Shown here: piece by piece, positions 20,294-29,706 of the stretch | How the letters are laid out: each line of letters starts with the position of its first letter | Numbering within the stretch: position 1 is the stretch's first letter | NCBI GenBank assembly: GCA_964291675.2 | Contig: OZ219866.1 | Span: forward strand, 3,168,001-3,232,000 | Length of the DNA: 64,000 bases | Source of the DNA: Alphaproteobacteria bacterium | GTDB taxonomy: Bacteria; Pseudomonadota; Alphaproteobacteria; MPNO01 | Reading direction: 5' to 3' | Position numbers and translations under genes: made by a program | Notes under the pieces: model-generated | Seen by the model: only the letters and a program-made list of their open reading frames with translations | Database searches by the model: none | What the model was told of the DNA's origin: nothing

Positions 20294-21309
20294 AAGTTCC
20301 AGTCGATCCGCGGCAGCCGCATGACCGAGAGCGGCCCGAGATAGAGCCGGCGGTTCTGGATCGTTACCGGCAGCGCGGTCGAATCGCTCTGCCCCTTGTC
20401 CGCGCGGGCGAGGAGCTGGAGCCCGAGGCCGATGGCCCCGGCGTTCTTCTTCTCGACCGCGCCGAGGGCGACCAGCAGGCGGAGCAGGTCCTCGCGGCCG
20501 TCGATGCGAAAGGAGAACGCGGCGATCGGCTGAAGGTCGCGGTCGAGCGCGACGGTGCCCGAGCCGGCGACGCGCGCGCGCCGCGAGCGCAGCGCCGCGT
20601 TGCCGATCTCCACCACCCCGCCGCCGTCGCGCCACCGCGCGAGCCCCCGTGGCGTCGCCGCGCGCGGCAGCGGGCCGGTCAGTTTGGCCGCGAGCGAAAG
20701 CGAATCGATCCCGCGCTCGGACCCGGCGATCTCGATCCCGGCGAGTTCGAGCGCGATCGTCGGCCCCGGCGGCTCGGGACCGCGCCCCCTATCGGCCCGC
20801 CCCGGCCGGTCGGGAAGGACGATCGAGGCCTCCGCCCCGGCGATCGAGCGCGGCGGCTTGCGCCCCGGCACCCGGATTTCGATATCGCCGAGCGCGAGGT
20901 CGATCCGGGTTTCCGCCGCCGGGCGCCGCAACGTCCCGGTGGCAACCCCCGCCCGCACCCGGATCGGCGCGGCATCGGCCCCGCCGGTCCAGACGCGGTG
21001 TTCGCCCGGGGCCGAGAAGGCGATGCGCGACGGGCTCCAGGGCCACGCCCGCGCGGCGATTCTCGGGCCTTCCCAGCGCCAGCCGGGAGCGGCGACCGAG
21101 GCTGCATCGACGCTGGCGACCAGCGGCCCCGGATAGCCCTCGATGCGGACCCGCTCGTAGACGACCTGCCAGCCGCGGCTCCGCATCTCGGCGGCCCAGC
21201 CGTCGAGACCCGCGCGCAGCCCGTCGGCGGCGATCCACCAGACCGCGCTGTAGACGATGATCGCGAGGAGACTCAGCGCGGCCGCCCCGAACGCCGCCTT
21301 CCTGGCCAT
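20290..21309 (-). CDS. DUF2125 domain protein
   Basis: N-terminal TM segment (YSAVWW), IEGYP, WRDGGGVVEI, C-terminal LYLGPL..LP. Typical position convergent on tyrC. Confidence 0.75.
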   Translation of the reverse strand: MARKAAFGAAALSLLAIIVYSAVWWIAADGLRAGLDGWAAEMRSRGWQVVYERVRIEGYPGPLVASVDAASVAAPGWRWEGPRIAARAWPWSPSRIAFSAPGEHRVWTGGADAAPIRVRAGVATGTLRRPAAETRIDLALGDIEIRVPGRKPPRSIAGAEASIVLPDRPGRADRGRGPEPPGPTIALELAGIEIAGSERGIDSLSLAAKLTGPLPRAATPRGLARWRDGGGVVEIGNAALRSRRARVAGSGTVALDRDLQPIAAFSFRIDGREDLLRLLVALGAVEKKNAGAIGLGLQLLARADKGQSDSTALPVTIQNRRLYLGPLSVMRLPRIDWNF

Positions 21310-21416
21310 CCGCCGGTTATATGCGGCCCCGCGGCGGCGGTCGAGCGGAGGCGGGCCGGCCGCTATGGTGTTCCGATGGGCAAGACCCCCGATCCCGCGC
21401 AGGCGGCTCCCGCGCC

Positions 21417-22313
21417 ATGACCGGCGCGGACAGGTCCACCCCGCTCTGGGTGACGCTGACGCCGGTGCTGTTCGTGTTTTGCTGGGCGTCGGGCTTCCCG
21501 ATCACCAGTTTCGGGATCGAATACGCCGAGCCGCTGACCCTGCTGGCGATCCGTTCCGCGCTCAACGTCATCGTCGTCGGCGCCGCGCTGCCCTTCCTCG
21601 CGGCTTCCTGGCCCGCGACCTGGCGCGAGGCGGGTCATATCGCCTTCGCCGGGTTCCTGCTCCACTCCGCCTATCTCTCCTGCATCTTCATCGCGCTCGG
21701 CGAGGGCGTGCCGCAGGGCACCGTCGCGCTGATCGCGGGGATGCAGCCGCTGGTCACCGCCATCCTCGTCGGACGCGCGCTCGGCGAACGGGTGGGCGCG
21801 ATCCAGTGGACCGGCTTCGTGCTCGGCTTCGCCGGGCTTGCCTGCGTCCTCGGCGAGGGCGTGAGCGTGTCGTCGGGGACGCCGCTCGGCTACATCGTCG
21901 CGGCCTTCACGCCTATCCTGATCACCGCCGCGTCGCTCTACCAGAAGCGCTACTGCGCGGCGATGGATCTGAGGACCGGGATGATAATCCAGCACGGCAC
22001 GGCGTTCTTCACCACCGGGGCGCTGGCGCTCCTGATCGAGACCAACCGGGTGGTACCCGGCGTCGAGCTCGCGCTCGTCCTGGTCTGGCTCGTGCTGGTG
22101 CTCTCCGTCGCCGCGTCCAACCTGTACTACATACTGCTCCGGCGCGGCGAGGCGGCGCGGGTCTCCAGCCTGTTCTATCTCACCCCGCCGACCACCGTGC
22201 TGCTCGGCTGGCTGAGCTTCGGCGAGAGCTTCGGGCCGACCGCGCTGGCGGGGTTCGCGATCGCCGGCCTCGGCGTCTTCCTGGTGACCCGGCGCGGCGG
22301 GGCCGGGGCGTGA
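21417..22313 (+). CDS. DMT/EamA family transporter
   Basis: About 10 TM helices, ALIAGMQPL, LYQKRY, SSLFYLTPP. Confidence 0.9.
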   Translation: MTGADRSTPLWVTLTPVLFVFCWASGFPITSFGIEYAEPLTLLAIRSALNVIVVGAALPFLAASWPATWREAGHIAFAGFLLHSAYLSCIFIALGEGVPQGTVALIAGMQPLVTAILVGRALGERVGAIQWTGFVLGFAGLACVLGEGVSVSSGTPLGYIVAAFTPILITAASLYQKRYCAAMDLRTGMIIQHGTAFFTTGALALLIETNRVVPGVELALVLVWLVLVLSVAASNLYYILLRRGEAARVSSLFYLTPPTTVLLGWLSFGESFGPTALAGFAIAGLGVFLVTRRGGAGA

Positions 22314-23188
22314 CCGCCGGGCGTTCCGCGCACGGGCTGTTCCTCGCCGCGGCGCCGCTGATCTTCGCGGCGATCTGGAGCACCGGCAACATCTTCACCA
22401 AGTACGGCATGCCCTATGTCGAGCCGCTCACCTTCCTCGCGCTCAGGTTCGCCTTCGGGACGCTGTTCCTGGTCGCCGTCGCCGCCGCCTTCCGTGCGCC
22501 CGGGCCGGCCAGCGCCGCGGAGGCGGGGCACATCGCGGTGGCCGGGGTGCTGGTTCACTGCGGCTATCTGTGGTCGGTGTTCGTCGCCGTCGACGAGGGG
22601 GTGGCGATCGGGACGCTTGCCCTGATCGTCGGGTTGCAGCCCCTGTTGACCGCGATGATCGTCGGCCGGGCGCTGGGCGAGACCGTGAGCGCGCGCCAGT
22701 GGGTCGGGCTGGTGCTCGGCTTCGCCGGCGTCGTCATGGTGGTCTGGCGCAAGATCGACATCGCCGAAGGCACGCTGTTCGGCATGGCGCTCGGCGCGAC
22801 CAGCGTGCTCGCGCTCACCCTGGGCACGGTCTACCAGAAGCGTTTTTGCGCCGACATGGATCTGCGCTCGGGCACGGCGCTGCAAGCGGGGGTCAACGCG
22901 GCTCTCACGATCGGCCTGGTGCTGCTGTTCGAGACGCGGGCGATCGACTGGACCGGCGAGTTCGTGTTCTCGCTGTTCTGGCTGGTCTTCGTGCTCACCA
23001 TCGGCGCCTACAACCTGCTGTTCTACCTGCTCAGGCTCGGCGAGGCCTCGCGGGTGGCGAGCCTGTTCTACCTGACCCCGGCGATCACCGCCGTGATGGG
23101 CTGGCTGATGTTCGACGAGGTCCTCGGCCCGGTCTCGATCGTCGGCATGGCGGTCGCGGTGACCGGCTTCGCGCTCGCCTCGCGATGA
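22310..23188 (+). CDS. DMT/EamA family transporter (tandem paralog)
   Basis: WSTG, ALIVGLQPLLTA, YQKRFC, ASLFYLTP. GTG start overlaps the upstream stop. Confidence 0.9.
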   Translation: MTAGRSAHGLFLAAAPLIFAAIWSTGNIFTKYGMPYVEPLTFLALRFAFGTLFLVAVAAAFRAPGPASAAEAGHIAVAGVLVHCGYLWSVFVAVDEGVAIGTLALIVGLQPLLTAMIVGRALGETVSARQWVGLVLGFAGVVMVVWRKIDIAEGTLFGMALGATSVLALTLGTVYQKRFCADMDLRSGTALQAGVNAALTIGLVLLFETRAIDWTGEFVFSLFWLVFVLTIGAYNLLFYLLRLGEASRVASLFYLTPAITAVMGWLMFDEVLGPVSIVGMAVAVTGFALASR

Positions 23189-23754
23189 CCGCCAAGATCG
23201 TCTTCGACGGGCCGGGCGATATCTGGTTCTTCGCCTACGGATCGCTGATGTGGGACCCCGGCTTCGCCTTCGCGGAGGCGAAGCCGGCGCTGCTGCGCGG
23301 CTACCATCGCCGGTTCTGCGTCGATTCGACGGTCTATCGCGGGACGCCCCAACGGCCGGGGCTGGTGCTCGGCCTCGATGCCGGCGGCTCGTGCCGCGGC
23401 CTTGCCTACCGCATCGCCGAAGGCCGGCGCGAGGCGGCGGCGCGCTATCTCGACCGGCGCGAGTTGGCCGAAGACATCTATTTGCTGCGCAAGGTGAGGC
23501 TGGAGACGGCGGACGGTCGCTTTCCCGGCTACACGCTCGTGGTCGACCGCGGGACGCCCTACTACGCGCGCAGCCTGGCGCCCGGGGAAGAGGATCGCCG
23601 GATCGCCACCTGCCGCGGCGAGCGGGGGACCAACGCGGCCTACCTGAAGGAGACCATCGCCCGGCTGGAAGCGCTCGGGGTGCGCGACGGCGGGCTGGTC
23701 GCGCTCAGCCGCCGCGTCGCCGCGTTGGCTCCTCAGGGCGCCGGCGCGGGCTAG
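23185..23754 (+). CDS. chaC: Gamma-glutamylcyclotransferase (ChaC family)
   Basis: WFFAYGSLMW, YRGTPQRPGLVLGL, GSCRG, GTNAAYL. Confidence 0.92.
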   Translation: MTAKIVFDGPGDIWFFAYGSLMWDPGFAFAEAKPALLRGYHRRFCVDSTVYRGTPQRPGLVLGLDAGGSCRGLAYRIAEGRREAAARYLDRRELAEDIYLLRKVRLETADGRFPGYTLVVDRGTPYYARSLAPGEEDRRIATCRGERGTNAAYLKETIARLEALGVRDGGLVALSRRVAALAPQGAGAG

Positions 23755-23992
23755 ATCCCGTCCTTTTTCGCGACCGCCGCCGCCGTTCTCGACGCCTCCA
23801 TTTGCCAGTCCCATGCCTCGGACATCGGAGCATTACGCTCCGGGCTCGGGCGACCGGGCCCTGTGTTCGTTTGCGGCAGTCCAGGCACTCGAAGCAGTCG
23901 TACGTCATCCCGGGCAGCGGTCGATCCTCGACCCGCTTTCCCACTCCGCATGAAGGTTGGCGCCGGGGCTTGATCGGCTGAGGCAGCCTTGC

Positions 23993-24032
23993 TGTTACAC
24001 TTGTTTCTGTTATTCTTGTTATTACACTTGAA
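23993..24032 (+). promoter_or_regulatory. AT-rich candidate operator/promoter of the TA pair
   Basis: TTACACTTG direct repeat at 23995-24003 and 24022-24030 plus repeated TGTT, upstream of the antitoxin. Function is inferred. Confidence 0.4.
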
Positions 24033-24089
24033 CGCATGCCCGCGCGCCGCGATCGAGGCACCGGCCCATTGCAGAGGAGGAGAATCGGG

Positions 24090-24545
24090 ATGAGCAACGC
24101 CACCGACGCGGTGGACCTGGGACACCGTCTTCCGACGCAGGACGAGATGGCCTGCGCTGCGCAAGCGGTAACGGCGCTTGCCCACGCCCGGGGCGGGAAC
24201 GGCGTCCTCGCCATTCATCGCGAAGACGGCGAGGCCGTTCGCTTGGCACCCGCGATCGCCGACCTGGTGATCGATCTGCTGGGCGGTGTCGCGTCGGGCA
24301 AGACGGTCACGCTGGTTCCGGCCGGCGCCATGCTGACCACGCAGCAGGCGGCCGACATCCTGGGTGTCTCGCGCCCGCACGTCAGCAAGCTGCTCAAGAC
24401 GGGCACGATCCCGTTCGTTTCGGTCGGTTCGCACCGTCGCGTCATGCACGCCGATCTGATGGCCTATATCGACCGTCGCGACGCCGTGCGCCGTGCGGCG
24501 CTCGACGATCTTGCCCGTCTCGGTCAGGAGTTCGATGCGTCTTGA
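24090..24545 (+). CDS. Excisionase-family HTH protein, putative antitoxin
   Basis: LTTQQAADILGVSRPHVSKLLKTGTIPF..VGSHRRV, ending ALDDLARLGQE. Overlaps the PIN gene. Confidence 0.88.
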   Translation: MSNATDAVDLGHRLPTQDEMACAAQAVTALAHARGGNGVLAIHREDGEAVRLAPAIADLVIDLLGGVASGKTVTLVPAGAMLTTQQAADILGVSRPHVSKLLKTGTIPFVSVGSHRRVMHADLMAYIDRRDAVRRAALDDLARLGQEFDAS

Positions 24546-25126
24546 CGCAGCTCGCGGACCCTCGCATCGCCCTGCTGGATGCAAACGTCCTGTTTCCCTT
24601 CCGCAAGAGGGACGTTCTCTTGCGCTTCCACCACGCCGGCTTGTTCCGGGCGCGATGGAGCGAGCGGATTCTCGACGAGTGGACGCTGAACCTCCTCGAA
24701 CAGAAGCCGCATCTTGAACCGAGTGTCCGTTCCCAGCGCCATGCTATGAGCGAGCATTTCGCGGAGGCGCAGGTCACGGGATACGAGCCGTTGATCGGGA
24801 CGCTCGAACTTCCCGATGCCGACGACCGCCACGTCCTGGCGGCCGCGATCCGTTGCGGCGCCCGGTACATCGTCACCGATAACCTGGCCGACTTTCCGGC
24901 CGAGGTCCTCGGGCGGTTCGATATCGAGGCGGTCGACGCCGACGGGTTTCTGTCCCGGACGTTCGATCTCTACCCCTCCGAAGCACTTGGCGTGTTGAGC
25001 ACCCTTCGGAAGGCGTACAGCAATCCGCCCTTCACGCCGTCGGAGTTCGTCCGCGACCTGGCGGCGAAGGGGCTTCCCCGGCTGGCCGCGCAGACGCGGG
25101 AGCGACGTTCGACGAACGCGAGATGA
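24542..25126 (+). CDS. PIN domain protein (putative toxin)
   Basis: ALLDANVL, ARWSERILDEW, LPDADDRHVLAAAI, IVTDNLADFP. Confidence 0.9.
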   Translation: MTQLADPRIALLDANVLFPFRKRDVLLRFHHAGLFRARWSERILDEWTLNLLEQKPHLEPSVRSQRHAMSEHFAEAQVTGYEPLIGTLELPDADDRHVLAAAIRCGARYIVTDNLADFPAEVLGRFDIEAVDADGFLSRTFDLYPSEALGVLSTLRKAYSNPPFTPSEFVRDLAAKGLPRLAAQTRERRSTNAR

Positions 25127-25321
25127 TCGTCAGCAGCGGCCGGCCATCGACCCTGATACGTCACCCCGCGAACACCACCCCTTGAACTTCGGATTCGGCT
25201 CCCGATCTAGGCTGCGGACGGCGGCGAAAAAAGTGCTTGCATCCGACGCCGCCGAGCTTCATATCGCGGCGCCTCAGAGCGCTTGTGCAACCGTCCGACA
25301 AGGCCGCGTACCGTGGCGCAA

Positions 25322-26584
25322 ATGACCGCTTTCCTCGCCGAGCCGAGATCGATGTTCGCGCCCATCGCCGCCCTTCTGGCCGGCGTGGCGCTGCTGATGC
25401 TGGGCAACGGGCTGTTTCTCACCCTGGTGCCGCTGCGCGCCGAGCTCGAGGGCTTCGGCGCGGTCTGGATCGGGGCCATCGGCGCGGCCTATTTCACCGG
25501 CTTCGTGCTGGGTTGCTATCTGGTGCCGCCGCTGGTCTCCCGGGTCGGCCATATCCGGGTCTATGCCGCGGTCGCGGCTCTCGGCGCCATCGTTCCGCTG
25601 CTGCACGCGCTGGCGCTGCTCCCGGCGGCCTGGATCCTGTTTCGCATCGTGCTGGGGCTGTGCATTTCCGGGCTCTACATGGTGATCGAGAGCTGGCTCA
25701 ACGCCGCCTCGACCCCGCGCAACCGGGGCACCGTGTTCTCGGCCTATATCGCGATCCACCTGGCGGCCGTCACCGCGGGTCAATACCTCATCCTGATCGA
25801 TTCTCCGGGCGGCCCGGAGCTGTTCTCCGTGGCGACGATCCTGTTCGCGCTCGCCGTCGTCCCGGTCTGCCTGAGCCGCGCGCCGTCGCCGTCGCTGCCG
25901 GTGCGGGCGCGGCCGGATCTGCGCAAGCTGTGGCGCAACTCGCAGGTCGGGGTGATCGGCTGCCTGACCAACGGCATGGCGAACGGCGCGGTCTGGAGCC
26001 TGGCGCCGATCTACGCCAAGAGCCTGGGGCTGTCGCTTGCCGGCATCGCGGTCTTCGTCAGCATCGCGATCGTCGGCGGGGCGTTCGTCCAGTACCCGCT
26101 CGGCCGCCTCTCCGACCGCCTGCCCGACCGGCGCTGGCTGATCGCCGCGCTGTGCGCGATCGCCACCTGCGCCGGTCTGGCTCTCCTGCTGCTGGCGAGT
26201 GTCCTGCCCCTTCCCGTCGTCTATGCGGCCTATTTCCTGTTCGGGGCGGCGGCGTTCTCGATCTACGGCTTTGCCGTCGCCCATGCCAACGACCATGCGG
26301 ATCCGGGCGATTTCGTCGAGATCAGCGCGGGCCTCCTGGTGATTTTCGGGATCGGCGCGGTTGTCGGACCGCTGCTCGCCTCGGCGCTCATGGAGGCGCT
26401 GGGGACCCGATACCTGTTCCTGTTCACCTGCGCGGTGCATGCCTCGGTGGCGCTGTGGACGGTCTGGCGGATGAGGCAGCGCGATGCCGTCGCGCCCGAA
26501 GACCGCGAGGACTACGTGCCGATGGTGCGGACATCGCCCAACGCCTTCGCCCTCGATCCGCGCGCCGACGACGAAGCGCCCTGA
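25322..26584 (+). CDS. MFS transporter (YcaD-like)
   Basis: GNGLFLTLVPLR, RVGHIR, IESWLN, QYPLGRLSDR, VAHAND. Confidence 0.9.
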   Translation: MTAFLAEPRSMFAPIAALLAGVALLMLGNGLFLTLVPLRAELEGFGAVWIGAIGAAYFTGFVLGCYLVPPLVSRVGHIRVYAAVAALGAIVPLLHALALLPAAWILFRIVLGLCISGLYMVIESWLNAASTPRNRGTVFSAYIAIHLAAVTAGQYLILIDSPGGPELFSVATILFALAVVPVCLSRAPSPSLPVRARPDLRKLWRNSQVGVIGCLTNGMANGAVWSLAPIYAKSLGLSLAGIAVFVSIAIVGGAFVQYPLGRLSDRLPDRRWLIAALCAIATCAGLALLLLASVLPLPVVYAAYFLFGAAAFSIYGFAVAHANDHADPGDFVEISAGLLVIFGIGAVVGPLLASALMEALGTRYLFLFTCAVHASVALWTVWRMRQRDAVAPEDREDYVPMVRTSPNAFALDPRADDEAP

Positions 26585-26637
26585 CAGGGGCGCCGGCCGC
26601 GCCTATCCTCGCCGCCCGGAGCCAGCGGAGGGCGCAG

Positions 26638-27483
26638 ATGAAGCTGATCAGCTACCGCCATGCGGGCAGGGAGGGGTATGGCGCCGTCAGGGACGGCGGC
26701 ATCGTCGATCTCGGCGCCCGCGTCGGCGGCGAGTTCCCGACCCTGCAAGACGCGATCGCCGGGCTCGCCTTGTCGCGCATCGAGGCCGAGGCGGGCGCGG
26801 AGCCGGATTTCGCCCTCGACGAGGTCGAGCCCATGTTTCCCGTGACCGCGCCCGGCAAGATCCTGTGCATCGGGCGGAACTATCGCGGCTACCACGAGGT
26901 GCTCGCCGATGGCGGGCCGGAATGGCCGAGCGTGTTCCCCCGGTTCGCGTCGAGCTTCGCCGCGCATGGCGAGCCCGTCCTGAAACCCCGCGTGTCCGAC
27001 GAACTGGACTTCGAGGGCGAGCTCTGCGTCATCATCGGCAAGGCGGGGCGCCACATCCCGGAGGACCGGGCGATGGACTATATCGCCGGCTACACGGCGA
27101 TGAACGAGGGCTCGGTGCGCGACTGGCAGAGCCGCGGGACGCAGAACTGCCCCGGCAAGAACTTTTACCGGGCCGGCGCGATCGGGCCCTGGATGGTGAC
27201 GGCGGACGAGGTCGGCGATATCGGCGACCTCGCGATCCGCACCAGGGTCGACGGCGAGCTTCGCCAGGACGGCTCGACCGCGATGATGATCTTCAAGGTG
27301 CCGTTCCTGATCGCCCATATCTCGCGCTTCACCTGGCTGGAGCCCGGCGACATGATCGCGACGGGAAGCCCCGGCGGCTCGGCGGTGTCCGAGCAGACGC
27401 CGCGCTGGCTCCGCCCCGGCCAGGAGGTCGAAGTCGAGGTCGAGCGGATCGGCGTGCTGAAAAACCCGGTGGCGGCGGAATAG
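26638..27483 (+). CDS. Fumarylacetoacetate hydrolase family protein
   Basis: PGKILCIGRNY, LDFEGEL, NEGSVRDWQ, GPWMVT, LEPGDMIATGSPGG. Confidence 0.92.
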   Translation: MKLISYRHAGREGYGAVRDGGIVDLGARVGGEFPTLQDAIAGLALSRIEAEAGAEPDFALDEVEPMFPVTAPGKILCIGRNYRGYHEVLADGGPEWPSVFPRFASSFAAHGEPVLKPRVSDELDFEGELCVIIGKAGRHIPEDRAMDYIAGYTAMNEGSVRDWQSRGTQNCPGKNFYRAGAIGPWMVTADEVGDIGDLAIRTRVDGELRQDGSTAMMIFKVPFLIAHISRFTWLEPGDMIATGSPGGSAVSEQTPRWLRPGQEVEVEVERIGVLKNPVAAE

Positions 27484-27488
27484 CGGCG

Positions 27489-28547
27489 CTACCCGCGCGG
27501 GCGCCCGAGTTCTTCCGCGAGGCGCCTGATCTCGAGCACGCGTTCGCCCGTCGCGGGATGGGTCGACAGCCATGACGGTCCGCCGCCCGCATCGTCGGCG
27601 GAAAGCCGCTCGAAGAACCGCGTCAGCGCCGCCGGATCGTAGCCCGCCCTGGAAGCGATCCCCACGCCGATCCGGTCCGCCTCGCGTTCGTGCTCGCGCG
27701 AATGGGCGAGCGAGAGAAGCAGCCCGCCTTCCAGCAGCATGTCGTCCAGAACCGGGCCCACGTCGCCGACGATCACCGCGACAAGGAGATAGGTGCCGAG
27801 GCTGCGATAGACGCGGCGTAGCCCGTGGGCCTCGGCGACATGGGCGATCTCGTGCCCCAGCACGCCCGCGATCACGTCGGGTTCGGGGAATGCCCTCACC
27901 AGCTCGTCGGTAACGACGATGGTGCCGCCCGGCAGGGCGAAGGCGTTCGGGCCCACTTTCGGCATGCTGCGGAACACCAGCTTGTAAGCGCCGAAGCGGG
28001 GCGCGGGCGCCACCGCCCCCAGCCGCTCGAACACCCCGCGCGTCCGGTTCCGTTGTTCCTCGTCCAGGCCCGACGGTTCGGCCAGCGTCCGGTCGGCGAA
28101 GGCGAGGTGGCCGTCGTCGACGGCGCGGGTGAGTGCGTCGGGGGTGAACGCCAGCGCGACGGCGACCAACGCGCCGAGCCCCCAGCGCCAGACCGCGAAG
28201 CCCGCCACGAAGGCGAGCGCCACCACGAGGACCAGCCGCGGACGCCACGCCTCCCAGCGATGCAGGCGGTCGGTGCGGTCGGTTCCCAGCAACGCATCGA
28301 CCGCGTCGTGATGGTGGCTGGTGAAGCGCCAGCCGCCGGGAAAATGGGCGGTGGCGGGCAGACTGCCCAGCCGGCGCTCGCGGCGGATCGCCGAAGGCGC
28401 TGCGCTCGCCAGCACCGTGCCGTCGTCGCGGTCGACCAGCTCGACGGCGCCGCCATCGGCCGCGGCGCGCAGACGGGCCGCGATCCGCCGCGACGATCCG
28501 GCGGCATAGGCCTCGCCCGTGGGCGCCTCAGGCGGCCGCCCCGACAT
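27489..28547 (-). CDS. M48 family zinc metallopeptidase
   Basis: PNAFALPGG, HEIAH, SREHEREAD, WLSTHP. Confidence 0.92.
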   Translation of the reverse strand: MSGRPPEAPTGEAYAAGSSRRIAARLRAAADGGAVELVDRDDGTVLASAAPSAIRRERRLGSLPATAHFPGGWRFTSHHHDAVDALLGTDRTDRLHRWEAWRPRLVLVVALAFVAGFAVWRWGLGALVAVALAFTPDALTRAVDDGHLAFADRTLAEPSGLDEEQRNRTRGVFERLGAVAPAPRFGAYKLVFRSMPKVGPNAFALPGGTIVVTDELVRAFPEPDVIAGVLGHEIAHVAEAHGLRRVYRSLGTYLLVAVIVGDVGPVLDDMLLEGGLLLSLAHSREHEREADRIGVGIASRAGYDPAALTRFFERLSADDAGGGPSWLSTHPATGERVLEIRRLAEELGRPRG

Positions 28548-29613
28548 CCGCGCCGCCTAAATCCATATAGGCATCGCCCACGGCCGATTGCCGGCATTCC
28601 GCCTCGCTGGTGAAGCGGTCGAGCGAACCCGCAGGCCTGATCCAGGTGTTGGCGCACAGATACCGCGCCACGCGGATGCGCGCCCAGGGCAGCAGCAACC
28701 CCAGCGAAGCGACGACGGCGACCGCATTGCTGATCGCGATCCACACCAGCCGCGTTGCCGAAATGGTCGATGCGAACCGGTGCCCGCCTTCGAGCGCGGT
28801 GCCGGCATAGACGGCATTGCGCACGAACGCGCCATAGATCGTCTTCAGTGGCAGGACCGCGACCAGGATCAGGCCAATGAACGCGGCCATGCCGATATCG
28901 TGCTCGTAGCCGCTGCTGCGGATTGCGCGTTCGAAATCGTCCGCAAGCCCGCTTGCCGCCAGGACGCAGACAAACAGCACGAAGACCGCGACGAACCATG
29001 CCGCCGACCATGCCGCCGTCAGGAGGAGGGCGCGATAGAACGGCCCGATCCCGCCGTTGAAGGAAAACCGCCGATCCCCCAGCGAATGCCCTCCGATCGT
29101 ATACCGTTTCATCTCCCGCGCGGCGAAAGGGAATGCCAGAAAGAGGGTAGAGGCCGCGAGGAGAGGGAAGATAGCGAAAACGCTGATGGCTCGCTGTCCC
29201 GTCCCGTCGAAGCGGAATCGGACATCCGACCAGCTCGTTACCGACGCGTTGAACCTCAGCGCCTGATAAATGAACACGGGGGTGACGCCCAACAAGCCTA
29301 TGGAACTGATGGCGAAGTCAGGGTTGAGCGACGACCAAACGCCCATCGCCCCGAACAAGCCGACCACGATGGCGCGGCCGACGAGGACCTGACGGCCCGT
29401 GGCATGGTAGCCGAAGGGCCGGCCGCCGATGGTGGTGTTGCCGAGGAAGTACTTCTTGTTCCTGACCTTCGCCCAGGCCGAGTAGATGCCGAGCGTGGCG
29501 ATCGACAGCAGCACGTTGACGATCCAGATGCCGAAATATTCGCGGGCATCGCCGGTAAACCGGACGGGGACGGTTTCGGTCGCACCATGCATCTCGCTCT
29601 GCCTTTGCTGCAT
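28528..29613 (-). CDS. YjgN/DUF898 family membrane protein
   Basis: FTGDAREYFGIWIVNVLLSIATLGIYSAWAKVR, SLGLLLPWARIR. Confidence 0.9.
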   Translation of the reverse strand: MQQRQSEMHGATETVPVRFTGDAREYFGIWIVNVLLSIATLGIYSAWAKVRNKKYFLGNTTIGGRPFGYHATGRQVLVGRAIVVGLFGAMGVWSSLNPDFAISSIGLLGVTPVFIYQALRFNASVTSWSDVRFRFDGTGQRAISVFAIFPLLAASTLFLAFPFAAREMKRYTIGGHSLGDRRFSFNGGIGPFYRALLLTAAWSAAWFVAVFVLFVCVLAASGLADDFERAIRSSGYEHDIGMAAFIGLILVAVLPLKTIYGAFVRNAVYAGTALEGGHRFASTISATRLVWIAISNAVAVVASLGLLLPWARIRVARYLCANTWIRPAGSLDRFTSEAECRQSAVGDAYMDLGGADVGAAA

Positions 29614-29706
29614 GCGGTGCGTCCCGGATGCGCCAAGGCGCGCGGGCTGTCCATGCGGCGTTTCGCCGCGCCACGCCGGCAGCAGGGAAACCGGGGCGCC
29701 CCTGTC

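Noticed and set aside
18097-21420. Very long alternative-frame ORFs (e.g. 1107 aa here, 1096 aa at 30674-33964, 788 aa at 7774-10140)
   Set aside because: Arg/Pro/Gly-rich shadow ORFs overlapping well-supported genes, as expected in high-GC DNA.
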